Positions 48,536 through 62,279 of a stretch of 64,000 nt of DNA are shown here, piece by piece. The stretch spans positions 2,108,001 through 2,172,000 of the forward strand of contig NW_026262674.1 of NCBI RefSeq assembly GCF_021869535.1, read 5' to 3'. The stretch is from Mytilus californianus (lineage: Eukaryota). The position numbers and the translations under genes were made by a program. The notes beneath the pieces were generated by a model. That model was not told where the DNA came from. It did not search any database and was given only the letters and a program-made list of their open reading frames with translations. The stretch's first letter is position 1. Every line of letters begins with the position of its first letter.

Positions 48536-51500
48536 ACAAACTAATTAAAGACAATTAAAATCGAGATTCAGATAACAGTTTGACTATTAAAAGGTCAATG
48601 CGTTATGTTTCCATCTACCGCCATCCTCCGAGGCATATTGACTTCGGGTGTGAAGTCAGTTTACTGTCTTAAAGTTCCGTTGTTCATGCGCATTACGAGA
48701 GTGTTCCGTAAGAAAAGTACATATCGGAGATGTGTTAGTTTGTAAGTATGGACACAAATATCATTACATTAAAAAAAAACAAGTTTTAAAAATCCAACTT
48801 TATTTATTAACAACCACATGGGCTACTGAGGAATAGAAACATGATCACATTGGTCTTTTGCGACCGGCATAAAAATCCTTGCCAAAGTGAAGTGTCCATT
48901 TGGCTAAGCAGGATTTACAAGTACGCAGCCACATCCGGTCAGAATGAGGTGCATCGAGTAGAGAGAGTGCCACGCTCTCGGCACCTAAAGAACCATTGAA
49001 ACAACTCTTTGATGGGTCAGTAGGTGACCTGTTGCAAGGCAAAATTTCTGTTCCTATCCAAAATACCTTCATTTTCCAGTGGCATTTCAAATTTCCCCGA
49101 CCGTCACCCCGGACGCCCTCACTTACAAGACCTACCTACTGTTGTTATTGTTAATTTGTTCTCATTCATGAAATATTTGCCACTGGACATTAAGCAACCA
49201 ATAATCTTTGCAATACCGTTAGGTTACCTTACTACGCACGAAGGTATATAAAATGTATATTAGGAAAATGTTATATACACGTTATGTCGCATACATACGT
49301 GTAGTTATTAGATCTTTGACCCCCATTGCAATAAATGAGAAGTAACGGGAACGCCTAATCCGTATTAGAATGATACAATTAATCCTATTTTATAGTGTTG
49401 TACTGTGAAATTACAATATACATTAAGTCTTTTAGTGATATTTTATTGTAATAAGCGCAGCAGGTATGAATGACATTTGACTTTAAACTGTACAAATGTC
49501 GATGTAACAATTGATATTCGGAATCCTCTAGTTTTATCCATGTAGTGCTACTAAAAGTTTTGCCCAATAAACCTTACTTTTCTTTTTATAATTCTATTAC
49601 ATATAGTTTAAAAAGCAATTTTGGAAAATTTTATTAAATTCTTTTTATTTTTTATAGTTTTTGAAAGAAAAAGGGTGCTAAAGTTAAATGTATGAAAAAT
49701 CTAGAAAGGATCATTCCCCGCCAAATTTTCAATTGCTTATATCTTAAAAACAAGGACAATTACCTATCATTTTTTTCTGCTTTTTAAGTTCAGTTATTTA
49801 TTTACTATCTTTTTTCTTTCTCTCATTTAATTTAGCACAACAGTCTTTGTGATGTTTGTATTTAATAGCTATAACTTTGTCAATTAAAAATATATTGAGA
49901 CAAGCAAAATAAACATATTGAAGAAGATTTACAGGTAGCTTAGACAGATTCATGAAATGTGTATTTATAGAAAATATCTCATTGTGAGATCTTATCAACA
50001 AAAAGAGCTTTTATTTTAACCAACCTTTCAACTTTGTATAAGGTTTTGGACATTTCAAATATTTTGACCTCCAGCATTACTGAAGAGACGTTTATTATTG
50101 AAATGCGCATCAGGTGCAAAACATTACTACATAAACTACAATTCCTTTATTAAGATATTTGGACCAATACACTTAGTAACTGTTAGAGTGATGTTAGTAC
50201 AAGTGATGAATTCAAAAATTATTATTGTGTATATTTTAACTAATTTGATTCGTTTAGAAAGAGTCATATGTTTAACTTTATTTTCTTCAAGGTAGACTTG
50301 AAAAAAACATAAGGAAAAATGATATTGCACGGTTATTTTTAGAATATTTGACACAATCGAAAAAACAAGCAATTGAATTGGTGCTCTTCCTCGGGCTTAT
50401 TTACAATAATAATTAAACAATCGTAACCTTTTGCATGAGGTCGATACGAGGAGATATATAACTTTGTCCTCAGTCAATATACTTCTTTCAGGTCGATATT
50501 ATACAATCATAGACTTGGTATGAGGTTGATACGAGGTCATATCGACCTAAGAGAAGCATATGGACCTAGAACGAATTCCGAGGTCGTTATGCTTCTCTAG
50601 GTCGATATGACATCGTATTGACCATAACCACTACAATTTTTATATTATTAGTCAACAACTATTGCATGAACAATGTAAAATGAGGGGATTTCTAGAATGT
50701 ATTTTAATAACATGCTGTATGCCCTGGGCAACATGCTGTTTTTGACCTACGAAAAGCTAAACACAACAGTATTGGCGTGCAAACTGAGTAAATACAAATG
50801 TACATGTGATCATTCGATTAATAACATATTCTCGTACCGACCTCATACAAAGGCTATTTTTGTATAATATACCTGATTAGATGAAAGATTTTCAACAAAG
50901 GGAATCTGACGTAATTTCGTGTACCATATGTATTTTTCTATGTTACAATAAAAGAACATTATTCGTCCGTATCTTATGCTTACTTAGGCAAAACATAAAT
51001 TGAAGAGGCTACATTTACTTATTGAAATAGAAATTGCAACCATTTTTCGTTCATTACCTTTTAATCTATAAACTTTTAGACCAAGCACTTGTGTGCTTTA
51101 TAAAATCATTGTAGATATCATAAACTATTTTGTAAAGAAAGAAATAGTTTTTCACGAGATGAATGAAAAACTTTTTAACAATTCTTTCAAGTAATCTAAT
51201 ATTTCAAAAAAGTGATATCAATTTAAAAGATTTAGAACACATCTGTGAAATATTATATAGTATGTATGGTCTTTTCAATTCTGAAAAGTTCTTACAAGTA
51301 GAAATTGCATATTAAAATAATCACGTGTTAAGTTATAAGATTCAATATATATGTAATATTATCATTTCAGTTAATTTGTACTAATGTTGTGCCCTAGGTG
51401 CATCCGTGTCTTTAGTGCGAAGTAAACGTAACATAAATGTAAAAAAAAAGTTGTAATTTTCCGTCGTTGAACATAACCAGGGCAGATATCATCAGTAGAA

Positions 51501-54090
51501 ACACCTATGAGAATAATTTATTATTATGGCATTATTGATTAAGTTAACAACAATAGATCACTGTACGAACTTCAACAATGAGCAAATTCCACACCACATA
51601 ATAAGCTTTAAACGGCCCCAAAATGACAAATATAAAACAATTCAAACGATAAAACTGTCATGTTGTGAAAATGAGTGAAATTGTAAATTTTAGCATTTGC
51701 TACTTTTTATTTTGCGTTTGGTATCAAAGGTCATTATTTCTATCTAATTAGTTTCAATATTTTTATTTCGCAAGAAGTGCATTTTGTTCGGGAAATCAGA
51801 TTTTGAAATATTTTTGAAATAATTTTATTTGAGACATTTATTAGTCGTGTTAGCACTACTTAGCATATCTATAGATTAAGATTAAGATTATGTCGTGAGA
51901 ATACTTTTTGATAACAATAGTTATCTATTTAATTTACTTGTCAAAATACAAACTGTTTATAGAGTGAATAATGTCAATTAACACATAATTTTATCTGCTT
52001 TCGATACATTTCAATGTTTGGAAACAACTTGTTTACATCTCTTTTCGTCCCTTTTTATATTTTCATTGGTCAAAACGTGTCTATGGTCATATGTTTCATA
52101 TGGACCCTTTGTCATCTGAAATTGGAACAGGTCTGTTGGAATATACAACATACTATTTATTTAAATGGCGGACTGAAATTGACAAAAAACGTAACAAACA
52201 AATGAAACAATCAAAATCTATAATCAACAAATATCTAATCACGTCAAAACTAACGGCTGATTCACGTACAAAATAATGAACAAAACAAAACAAAAACAGA
52301 CGGCAACCACTAAATACGGTCTATAGATATATATATATATATATATATATTCAGCTGATCTGTGATATTCCACCTTCATGCCTTATGTATCATGTACTGT
52401 GTTACGACGCTAGATAAAAACTGACGAGGAAAGGTAACACCAGGCCACCGAAAGCTTTATTTTTGTCGAGCCTAGATGGTCGGGTGGTCTAGCACGTCGG
52501 GCATAGTGCAAGGCGATATATATATATAGTATGTTATATAATAAGGTTTCGAGGAGAACGAAAATATATCAATATATTATATTTCATTAATGAAATAAAG
52601 ATGAGTAATACACTTGTGTCTTTTAAAGCAAAATGTTATAATTTTTTTTTAAGGCAGATTAATATGTTGTTTTTTTCATTAATATCTATATAAATTTTTA
52701 TATTGTGTATTCATCATCTTAATATTGTATGTACTTTATGTATATGTTATTATTATTTTGAGGGCTTTCAGGAAGATAAGTTTTAATTAATGGGATTATC
52801 CTCTTCAAATAAAAATATTATTTATTGATATTTACTTATTTATTTATAAATGTTAATACAAATGTTGAAGAACTAATGGATATCCAACCGGACTGTTGCT
52901 ATATGTTACAAATTATGTACCTTCTTTGTATATACATCTTTTACAGTAAATAAACTGAATATCAAAGAAATAGCTGTTAATTTAAATAATCATAGCATTA
53001 GTTTATATAAATAATACTTACATGTGCATGCTGAATAAGATAAAGGATCAAGATCCCAGCTTGCCACATTCTCGTACGATCAAGTTAACTTGTAAATGAA
53101 TACTGGTCAGACAACGTCTTAAATTTATAACTTGTGATTTATCGATATTTAACCGACTACATGTGATTTAATACACGTAAAAGGTGTGCTTACAGGAACA
53201 ATATTTAAGTGGGAAAGTTAATATATAACAAAATTCTTCATAAAAATTGATGTGCCATATTGCGCAAAACAAACATATGCAAATTAGGTAAATAAAAATC
53301 TATTAATCTGATAATTGATTACATACGTATACCTTAAAGCCAAGACAAAAAATGCACTACATGAATTATACTACAAAAAAAAATTCTATTCTTCCAACAA
53401 CAAGAGATTTTTATTCTAAAAATATCACGAGATAAACTTTGAATACTATCAGCACCGGGGGTAATATCTGCCTTGTACGCGCTTTGGTACTGACATCATT
53501 TAGATTACTGAAATCAATGTAAAAATGTAAACTTTTAGTCCACGAACTTATATATGATAAAATTAAGATACAGCTCCCTCAGTTTTTATATGTCAATATG
53601 GTTTGATGGATTTAAATATCCATTCCATGATTAAAAATGTATCTAAATAGGTTTATTACAGAGTTTTATAAGCAACACGATCAGTGCCATCAGTGGTGCT
53701 GAAACGGATTTTCCTTTCTAAGAACCTGCTTTTACCAATGATTTTAATTTTGGTAGGGTGGTAGTTGGTCAATTGACTGTTTAATGTTTATCATCGTAAC
53801 CACAATCACGTCCTCTGTTTTTCGAATGTAACATCACCGAATTAGACTTATCACCGAAATTGCACTTACATGAGCAACACGACGGATGCCGGACACATTT
53901 AGTCAGGATTCGTTCACCATTCGGTACCACATGAGATCACCTCCGTGATTTTAGTAGGGTTCGTGTTTGCTGAGTCTTTTTTTTTATGTTGTGTTTATAA
54001 GACTTTTGCATGTCTATTTGTCGTTTTTCATTTTTTGCTATGGCGTTGACGGTCTTTGACGTTTGAGTTTGAATTTCCCTTTAATATCAC

Positions 54091-54093
<3 letters not shown>

Positions 54094-54147
<54 letters not shown>
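54094..54147 (+). repeat. (CT)n microsatellite, ~27 units
   Basis: Direct reading. Confidence 0.95.
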
Positions 54148-54149
<2 letters not shown>

Positions 54150-55477
54150 GGCACTAGCGACTGTATTTTTAAAATCTGTTTACCTTGAATATGGTGTTGA
54201 CCTATCTTTCACCTAGAAAATACTTTATACATGTAGAATGTGTTTTTGAATTAATATCATTTCATCGAGAGGGAATTAATACGATAAATTACACGATGAA
54301 TTAATAAAAGCATTTTCGCTGCTGTCTGTAAAAAAGTAACCTCTTTATCATAAAAGTCTTTTGATAGAAAATAAGCAATGCATTTCGTGCTCTGAATAAT
54401 AGTGAAAAAGAGAGTTCTCCGAGTTTGATTTTGAGTTACATCATTTGGAGAGAAAACAATTGGGCGATTAAAGAGGATGTGAATTTATTTTAGAAAAGTT
54501 TTTGATTTAATATTTTTCTTTTAATTTGAAACATGAAGAAATCTGGGAAAAAAATTAGCTTATTCCATTTAAAAAGTAAAATAAAAAAAATACCGAACTA
54601 CAAGGAAAATTCAAAACGGAAAGTCCCTTATCAAATGGCAAAATCAAAAGCTCAAACAATCAACCGAATGGAAAACAACTGTCATATTCCTGACATGTCT
54701 CATCACTTTGCGTCCGTTGATAACTTTTCAAAACAATCATCTCCTCTGCAACTAGCTCGCCTGTTGGATCTAAACTTGTCCACAATAATCCTTGACGATA
54801 GTTTCGAAGGCATAAGTCAGATTATGTAATTAAATTAGGACATCGTTGCGTAATTAATAGACCCGGAACGTTCTGGGGCTTGATATATTGTATATATAGA
54901 CATTCCATTAATCATTGAAGATTTATAATAAATCTCTTGTCAAAAAACTATCAAAATGTCCCTTTACACCATTTGCATACATTTATGATATATATATTTA
55001 TTGATTTGTTGCAATAACAAGCATATGGGTCAAGGCAAAAACACAAATGTGAACATATATTTTTATTTAATCATACACACTTTAAAAGTACACAACCGTT
55101 TCGACTTCGCTAATGACTTTTTTTAGTACTTTCATAAACAGCTGGAAAAAGTTCAAACTTAGGGCTAAGAATTTCTTGTATTCGTATATATTAACAACTT
55201 AATTAAGTATATATAAATATCATGCAAATTTGCAGTGCATGTGTGACTTAGTACATGCTAAAAACAAAATCTTTCGTTGTTAGTGCGTGCGTCAAAAAAT
55301 GAAACTCAGATTCTGTGAAATATTCAGGCGTTTGAATATAACTAAAAGAGTTCCTATGTCCCTGCGTTGCACATATTTATATACCCAAGGTTACTAACTA
55401 AAAAAAAACCTTTTAATTTTTTGTTTCTTAAAACTTTTTAAACATATCTTAGAGAAATAAAGACTTATAATATTTTC

Positions 55478-55690
55478 AAGGGGCATAACTCTTTTAAACA
55501 TATTTGATCGGCACTGATTTTCATAACTTGATAGAGCCATTGCTTATATAAACCTTTGGTATAAGTTTGATAAAAATCTGGCGAAAATTGTACACATGAG
55601 AGCGCTAACAAGACCAGAGAGAAAGACGGACGAATGGACAAACGTAGGGTATGTCTATGTCCCCCAAAACGCGTCGCACGGGGACAAACA
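55478..55690 (+). mobile_element. Helentron/HINE-like (pearl-type) non-autonomous fragment; related pieces at ~540-1150 and ~62790-63430
   Basis: aagggcataactc-type core, gacggacg microsatellite and a GC-rich 3' hairpin (gtcccc...gggac); family assignment is inference. Confidence 0.45.
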
Positions 55691-58600
55691 TGGGAACAAT
55701 AGACACAAATTTTAAATCTGGTACACTCAAACCTCAAGAAAATAAGTCCATATTTTTTTTTTGTAATACGCTTATATGTAGATTGCGTGGGACGTATAAG
55801 AAATCATGGTATAATACACATCAAACAGAAACATTGATATAAATACTTGTTTTATTGATAATTGTTTTAATTTGTTTGTAAGGCTTAAATAATGCAGACT
55901 TAGATATTGAGTAATACAACATTGATTTGACCTGACCTGGAATTAATTTAACGGATAGGAAATGTAGAAACATTCTATATATAATTAAGCTGCGTCGGAT
56001 ATAAATCGATCTTATGCAAGCGCACGTATACATAGATATAAGAAGATGTGGTATGAGTGCCAATGAGACAACTCTCCATCCAAGTCAAAATTTATAAAAG
56101 TAAACCATTATAGGTCACAGTACGGTCTTCAACACGGAGCCTTGGCTCACACCGAACAGTAAGCTATAAAGGGCCCCAAACAATTACTAGTGTAAAACCA
56201 TTCAAACGGGAAAACCAACGGTCTAATCTATATAAAAAAACATGTACATTTAGTTGATTTTTGGAGCGTTCAAATACGAAATGAAACGATTTCTATCCGA
56301 CGCAGCTCAATTAATATTATACAACTCGTCTTAACATCAACCCAACAATGTAAGATCTGTAAATTTGCTTTCGCAAATGTTTTGTTCTTCCCTATATATA
56401 TATAAACAAGTGTAAACTGAAAACAACGTTCAAACCTATGATTGCGTTGGATAAAAACCTCAATTTGTTTACGTGTGCATGTAAAATAAATTTCTAGGTA
56501 GAGGGGTCTAAATACAGCACAAACAACATTTTCCAAAAGACCAAAATAGAGAAAAAGTATATTTTAACAAAATGCATTTGACTAACAGGTCGAACAACGG
56601 ATGTTCTTAAACCCTGCTGACTGCCATTGGCGATTGCCAAATAAATTGATCACCAGTACAAAATGGATCTTAGTATTAATTTAATACCAAACAAAAAACA
56701 ATAAACTTGTGGAAAAGATGGTTAACCTCAATTGTAAGGTGCAAAAATTTTAATACACCATATCCGGATTTCGACATTTAATGTCTCTTCAGTGATGTTA
56801 GGGATCGAAACGGTATTTGGAAGGACATATAATTTACCTCAATTAAGGATAGACTCTTGAATTTTAAAGAGTCAAAATAAATAGGATGAACGGATCATAT
56901 AAACCCAAACGGAAAAATATAAACAAGTCTAAATTGAAAACAACGTTCAAACCTATGATTCCGTTGGATAAAAATCGCAATTTTTATACGTGTGCTATAT
57001 GTATCCAAGAAAGGTCAAAGATGTGTATTCATAAAGGTAAAGTCAAATGCCTCGTGTAACGAAAATATCTCGATCTCTTGTACGATATAGCACCTCTGTC
57101 ACACCAGTAGGTGGCCTATTGCAAAGCAAAATATCTGTCCCGATTTAACATGCAATAATTTTCCATTTTACAATTTTCAGCCATCTATCCAGGTTGACGC
57201 AATGTGTGCTTGTTAGATTTTTGTTAATTTGTTCTGTTCATAAAAATATGAATGAAATATGTGTCACTGAACATTAAGCAAGCAACAATCAAATCTTAAA
57301 CAGTGAAAAGTAACGTTTCTTACTTACAATTACATAGCCATCAAGATAATAACCTAACAAGTGAAATATATGGGGTACTTTTACAAATTATACATGAAAA
57401 GTACTATTACACATTTCAGATCGGTTTGTGGACCGACATTATTGTAAATAGTCCATAAGAATTATTTGTTATTTCTATAAAAGTATTTCAAGATAGGATA
57501 TACATTAACATAATAATACCTTGATTTTCTTTGATATTGTGTTAATATTAACTTAGTTCTGCACATGACATTGAGAACTTCGGGCAATTGATGTGAGTAT
57601 TTTATCAAAAAATAAATATCCGTCGTTTTTTCTAATTTATTGTTGTTAATTGAATCATTATTTATCAATGCATAGAAACATTATCTTTGTAAGAGATCAA
57701 TTATCAATGGCGCGCCTTTAACACCATACTGTTAGAGTGAATGATTTCATCAATACCAAAAACATGTCCAAAAACAAAAATAGGCAACGATCATTGGTAA
57801 ATATGTCACTGAAATTATTGGATGACAAATGAATCTGTAAAGTGAGCGTGAATTATTGTCGTGGAATTCAGAAGGTACTTATAAGTTAATATAATAGACT
57901 TTGAAATAGAGCAAAATGTACAAACAACATGTTACACATTGCACATATTTGTTTATGGCAGAATGTATGCGGTATAATCATGTAAAGTTCATATTTATGT
58001 ATACATGTATAAATATATTATCAAGAAGTGTTCATTGCAGAAAAAAAAACTGTAATGTTCATTGTAATTTTATGAATAGAATTGAGAATGGAAACGGGAA
58101 ATGTTTCAAAGAAACAACGACGCAACCAAACAGCTAAAAACAGTCCCAAGCCACCGATGTGTCTGCAACGCAGCGTAAAAACCCTGCACCCAGAGGCGAG
58201 CTTGAGCTGGCCCCTCACCAATAATGTATACTAGTTCAGCAAATTAGATGCCACACTATTAAAGGTCCGAAACATATAAATGAACTAAAATTTAACAACA
58301 CACAAGACTAACAAAGGCTAGGGTATTTTATCAAAAATAAATATCCGTCGTTTTTTCTAATTTATTGTTGTTAACTGCCAAAGCCACCGATGGGTCTGCA
58401 ACGCAGCGAACAAATCCTGCACCCAGGGGAGAGCTTCAGCTGGCCCCTAAACATTAATGTATACTTGTTCTGCGAATTGGACGCCACACAATTAAAGGGT
58501 TTAAACATATAAATGAACTTAAATTTAAAAACACACAAGACTGACAAAGGCTAGGGGTTTTTGATTTGGGACAAGAGCATAAATGCAGCGGTGTTAAAAA

Positions 58601-58889
58601 TGCTTTGTGAGATCTCAAGCCTCCCCAATCCCTCTAGCCAATGTGGAATACACAAACACATCATTACGCACAGTAAAACTCAATTTAAAAGAAGCCCGAG
58701 TCCGATGTTAGAATAGGTAACAGAAGAAACTAAGCAAAATGACAATAATCAACATAAATCTACAAAGAACTACTAGTAATTACTGACATGCCAGCTTCAA
58801 ACCTCCAATAAACTGATCGAAATATTACGTCTTCATCATATGAAAATTAGGCACAATCCTTTCCGTTAGGGGTTTAATATTATAAGAAA

Positions 58890-59160
58890 AAGTATAACAA
58901 CAAATATACAGAACTCCAAGGAAAATTCAACACGGAAAGTCCTTCATCAAGTGGCATAATCAAAGCTCAAACACATCAAACCAATGGAAAACAACTGTCA
59001 TATTTCTGACTTGGTACAGGCATTTCCTTATGTAGAAAATAGTGGATTAAACCTGGTTTTATAGCTAACTAAACCTCTCACTTGTATGACAGTCGAATAA
59101 AATTCCATTATATTGACAACAATGTGTGAACAAAACAAACAGACACTATAAAAACAAACA
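58890..59160 (+). repeat. High-copy dispersed family (aaaataccgaactcc..ggaaaattcaaaacggaaagtccc...); other copies ~250-400, 3960-4110, 22930-23260, 54575-54700
   Basis: Recurring near-identical segment. Confidence 0.65.
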
Positions 59161-62100
59161 AATATGTCAACAAAAGAAAAACAAAATTCATTATAGACAA
59201 ACCATATAAGCAAAAATGAAAGACAAGAATACTAAAATTTACCATAGTACGATAACACAATGAAGGGATGTATAAGTACCGATTCACATCAAAGTAAAAT
59301 TGAGAATGGAAATGGGGAATATGTCAAAGAGACAACAACCCGACAAAAAGAGCAGACTACAGCCGAAGGCAAATTACCATTTCTTTTTCTTTTCAATTTG
59401 AAGTATCATACTTATGAATTTAATTAACCAATCTTACCAATGCTACGTAAATGTATGCATTATATGTATTATATAAATTCGCATGTAATAAAACTTCTTG
59501 TAAGAGTACTATAATTATAGTTAAGGTTAACTTTTAATGAACTGTCAATTGTACTTTTAAAAGCGATGTAATTAAATTTAAATCAACCCTCGACCCCAGG
59601 ATCCGCCAATGGTCATACATTACATTAAGAATAAGCATGCATAGCAGAAGATTAAATTGAAAAGACAATCCGCAGCCCCCCACCCAACCCCAATCCCCCC
59701 CCCCCCCCCCAACAAATCCCCCTAGAATATCAAATTGTCCTCACCTTAAGTACAATGTTAGTCCAAAGTATCATCTATTATTAGATTAGCTTACATAGTA
59801 TTAGCTTATGATGATGTGGTACGCATAAAATAATTAATTTTGTTATGTATATTATACGTTGAATGCATGTAGTACAATTTTTTGTACTTGTTGACCGATG
59901 ATTTATTTTGTTTATTGTTAAAATAAAATAATAAATTTCATTGGACAAAAACTTCTATTTCCTTGTTCAATGTTGTTGTTTATGATGGCCTGGAAGACAA
60001 TTACAATATTTTCTGGTTTTTATTTCATTTTCATACAGGATTAATACAGACAGATAACTTATTATTTACAAAAAGATGATACCGTGGTTACAGAGGATTA
60101 TCTCAGATATATATGCATCCTTGTTTATATTTTACTTGTTTTTTTTTTTAGGATCTGGGGGATCTTTCGTTTCTGTGTTCTTTGATTTTAGGTCAGTTTT
60201 CTGTATTCTTTATATGTTTGTCCAGTTTTCTGTATTCTTTATATGTTTGTCCAGTTTTCTGTATTCTTTATATTTTAGCACACCGTTATTCTCTTTTTTC
60301 TTCATTTAATTTCATTTTTTTATCCATTTTTCTCTATTCTGTAAACCCCCATCCTGACCCTCTTGCGGGACTTCAGTGCACTGTTTGTCACCTATAGGTT
60401 TTTTGCAGGGTTTGATTGCTTCTCTTAAATTCTCTGTTGAGTCTTTTATAGATGAAACGCGCGTCTGACGTATAAACAATTTGAAGTCTGGTATAATTGA
60501 TGAAGTTATACCTAGTATGTGTAAAATAAGAACACAACTAGTTTAAGTTCTTTAGAATAGTCTATTTGTCTATTCCGTAATTGACCCTACACTTAAAGAT
60601 CCATTTTGTGAATTGGTTCCCCTAGCAAGGACATATTGATATTTTAATTGACAATGAAGAACTAATGGAAAGAGCAAATTTATTTTTGGTTTTGATAAAA
60701 CTCTTAAATATTTATATCTAAAGCTTGTTTGTCCTTTCTTTTAATTTTGTTAAAACGCTTTTATTTTAAAGTATTTGTATAACATATAGTCTTGGTTGAT
60801 AATTGTGTTGATAGCTGCATTTTATTGTTCGGTTGATGAAGTCGTCTTTAAATGATTGACCTTCGGGTGTTTGTTTTCGTTTCTGTGACTCGTTAGGAAT
60901 TTATAGCTAAACAGTCAGGTCATATAGATGGGTACAGTCCTAACCTGTACAGCTAGTTAACTTAATAAGCAGATTTTATGACTGATTAAAGTTAACTTAG
61001 GACCGGTTTTATGACTGCTGTGACCGGTCCTAGGACAGAATTTGTGTTAACTTAAAAAGCAGACTTGGTCCTAGGACTGTTTAATGATTGCCCGAAAAGT
61101 TAACTTCAAGACAGGTCCATGGCCAGAATTGAAGTTAACTTTGGACGAAGTGCCACAAGCAGTCCTACACACAAGTTAACTTATGACCAGGTCTGCTATC
61201 AAAAGTCAAACCAGACTTGTTCTTACAAAAGTTAACTTTGGTTTGGTCCATGATAAAGTTAACATGATCAAACGTTAACTTTGGTCTGGTCTGCTCATCT
61301 AAGATAAAGTTAACTTGATTCCAAGTTAACTTTGGTCTGGTCTGCTCTTCCAAGATAAAGTTACCATGATCCAAAAATCCGTAAAAATAATTACTATGTG
61401 AAATTATTTGATATACAACGCTCAGTCTTCTTGTTTTCGTTCAGTTCGTTAGCTGTCTGGTCAAAACAAAAGTATACCCTCCGCCAACAATTTCAGCCAG
61501 CTTGCATTGCGCATGTGACGGGATTATCTCAGCTACGCAGCAATACCTCTGCACTGCCAATCATTGCATTTTTTTTTTTATCACAGGTCAGTCTTTTAAA
61601 TGATTTTTTTATACCCTAAGTTCTATCAACTTACAACTCACATTTCATTAGTTAGACTACAGTTCATAGAACAGGTCACGTCAAATATCCTGTCATACAG
61701 TGTTTTGCAAGCATCCATAGTTCCCGCAAACTAAACGCTTTACAACAAACCAGGATTCAGCGAATTCGACGGAAAGTATTTTCAAAATTAGCTAAGATGA
61801 TTTCCTAAGTACTACTGGATCTGTTTCGATGCTGTCGGTTCCAGACCACTTCTTATTTTGGAACTTCTTGATGATTCAAATATAAACTTTCATTCTTCAA
61901 TGTAATCTGTATGAAATACGTGTATCTGTAACAAAGACACGAGTCTATTCTTTCTTTGTCATAAGTATCATACTATTGAAACTTATGCAAATGTCATCTT
62001 TAATTTGGGCAGCGAACATCCTCAAATGGTTTAAATACTGGTGAGTTTAAATTTTAAGTGACTACTGCATTAATTTTTTTCATTATTATTTACTTTGTTC

Positions 62101-62279
62101 GAAAATGAGCAACGTTCATGGTCTACAAATCTATTGTCAGTCAGGCGAAGAACATACCTGGTATAGTTGTGTCCTTATGTAATAACATGTGTACTAATCA
62201 AACGAATTAAACTTTCGGTTGACAGAGCGCCACTTGACAGTCTCCCGAAAGACAAAACTGTTTCCGTTCACTTAATGGT

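Noticed and set aside
54533-54829. 98-aa ORF, and similar short ORFs at 22884, 226 and 59028
   Set aside because: They overlap a high-copy dispersed repeat, show no recognisable domain, and lack supporting splice structure.
60039-60080. Strong plus-strand acceptor (tttttatttcattttcatacag) followed by LIQTDNLLFTKR*
   Set aside because: No compatible upstream plus-strand exons were found and the peptide has no recognisable homology.
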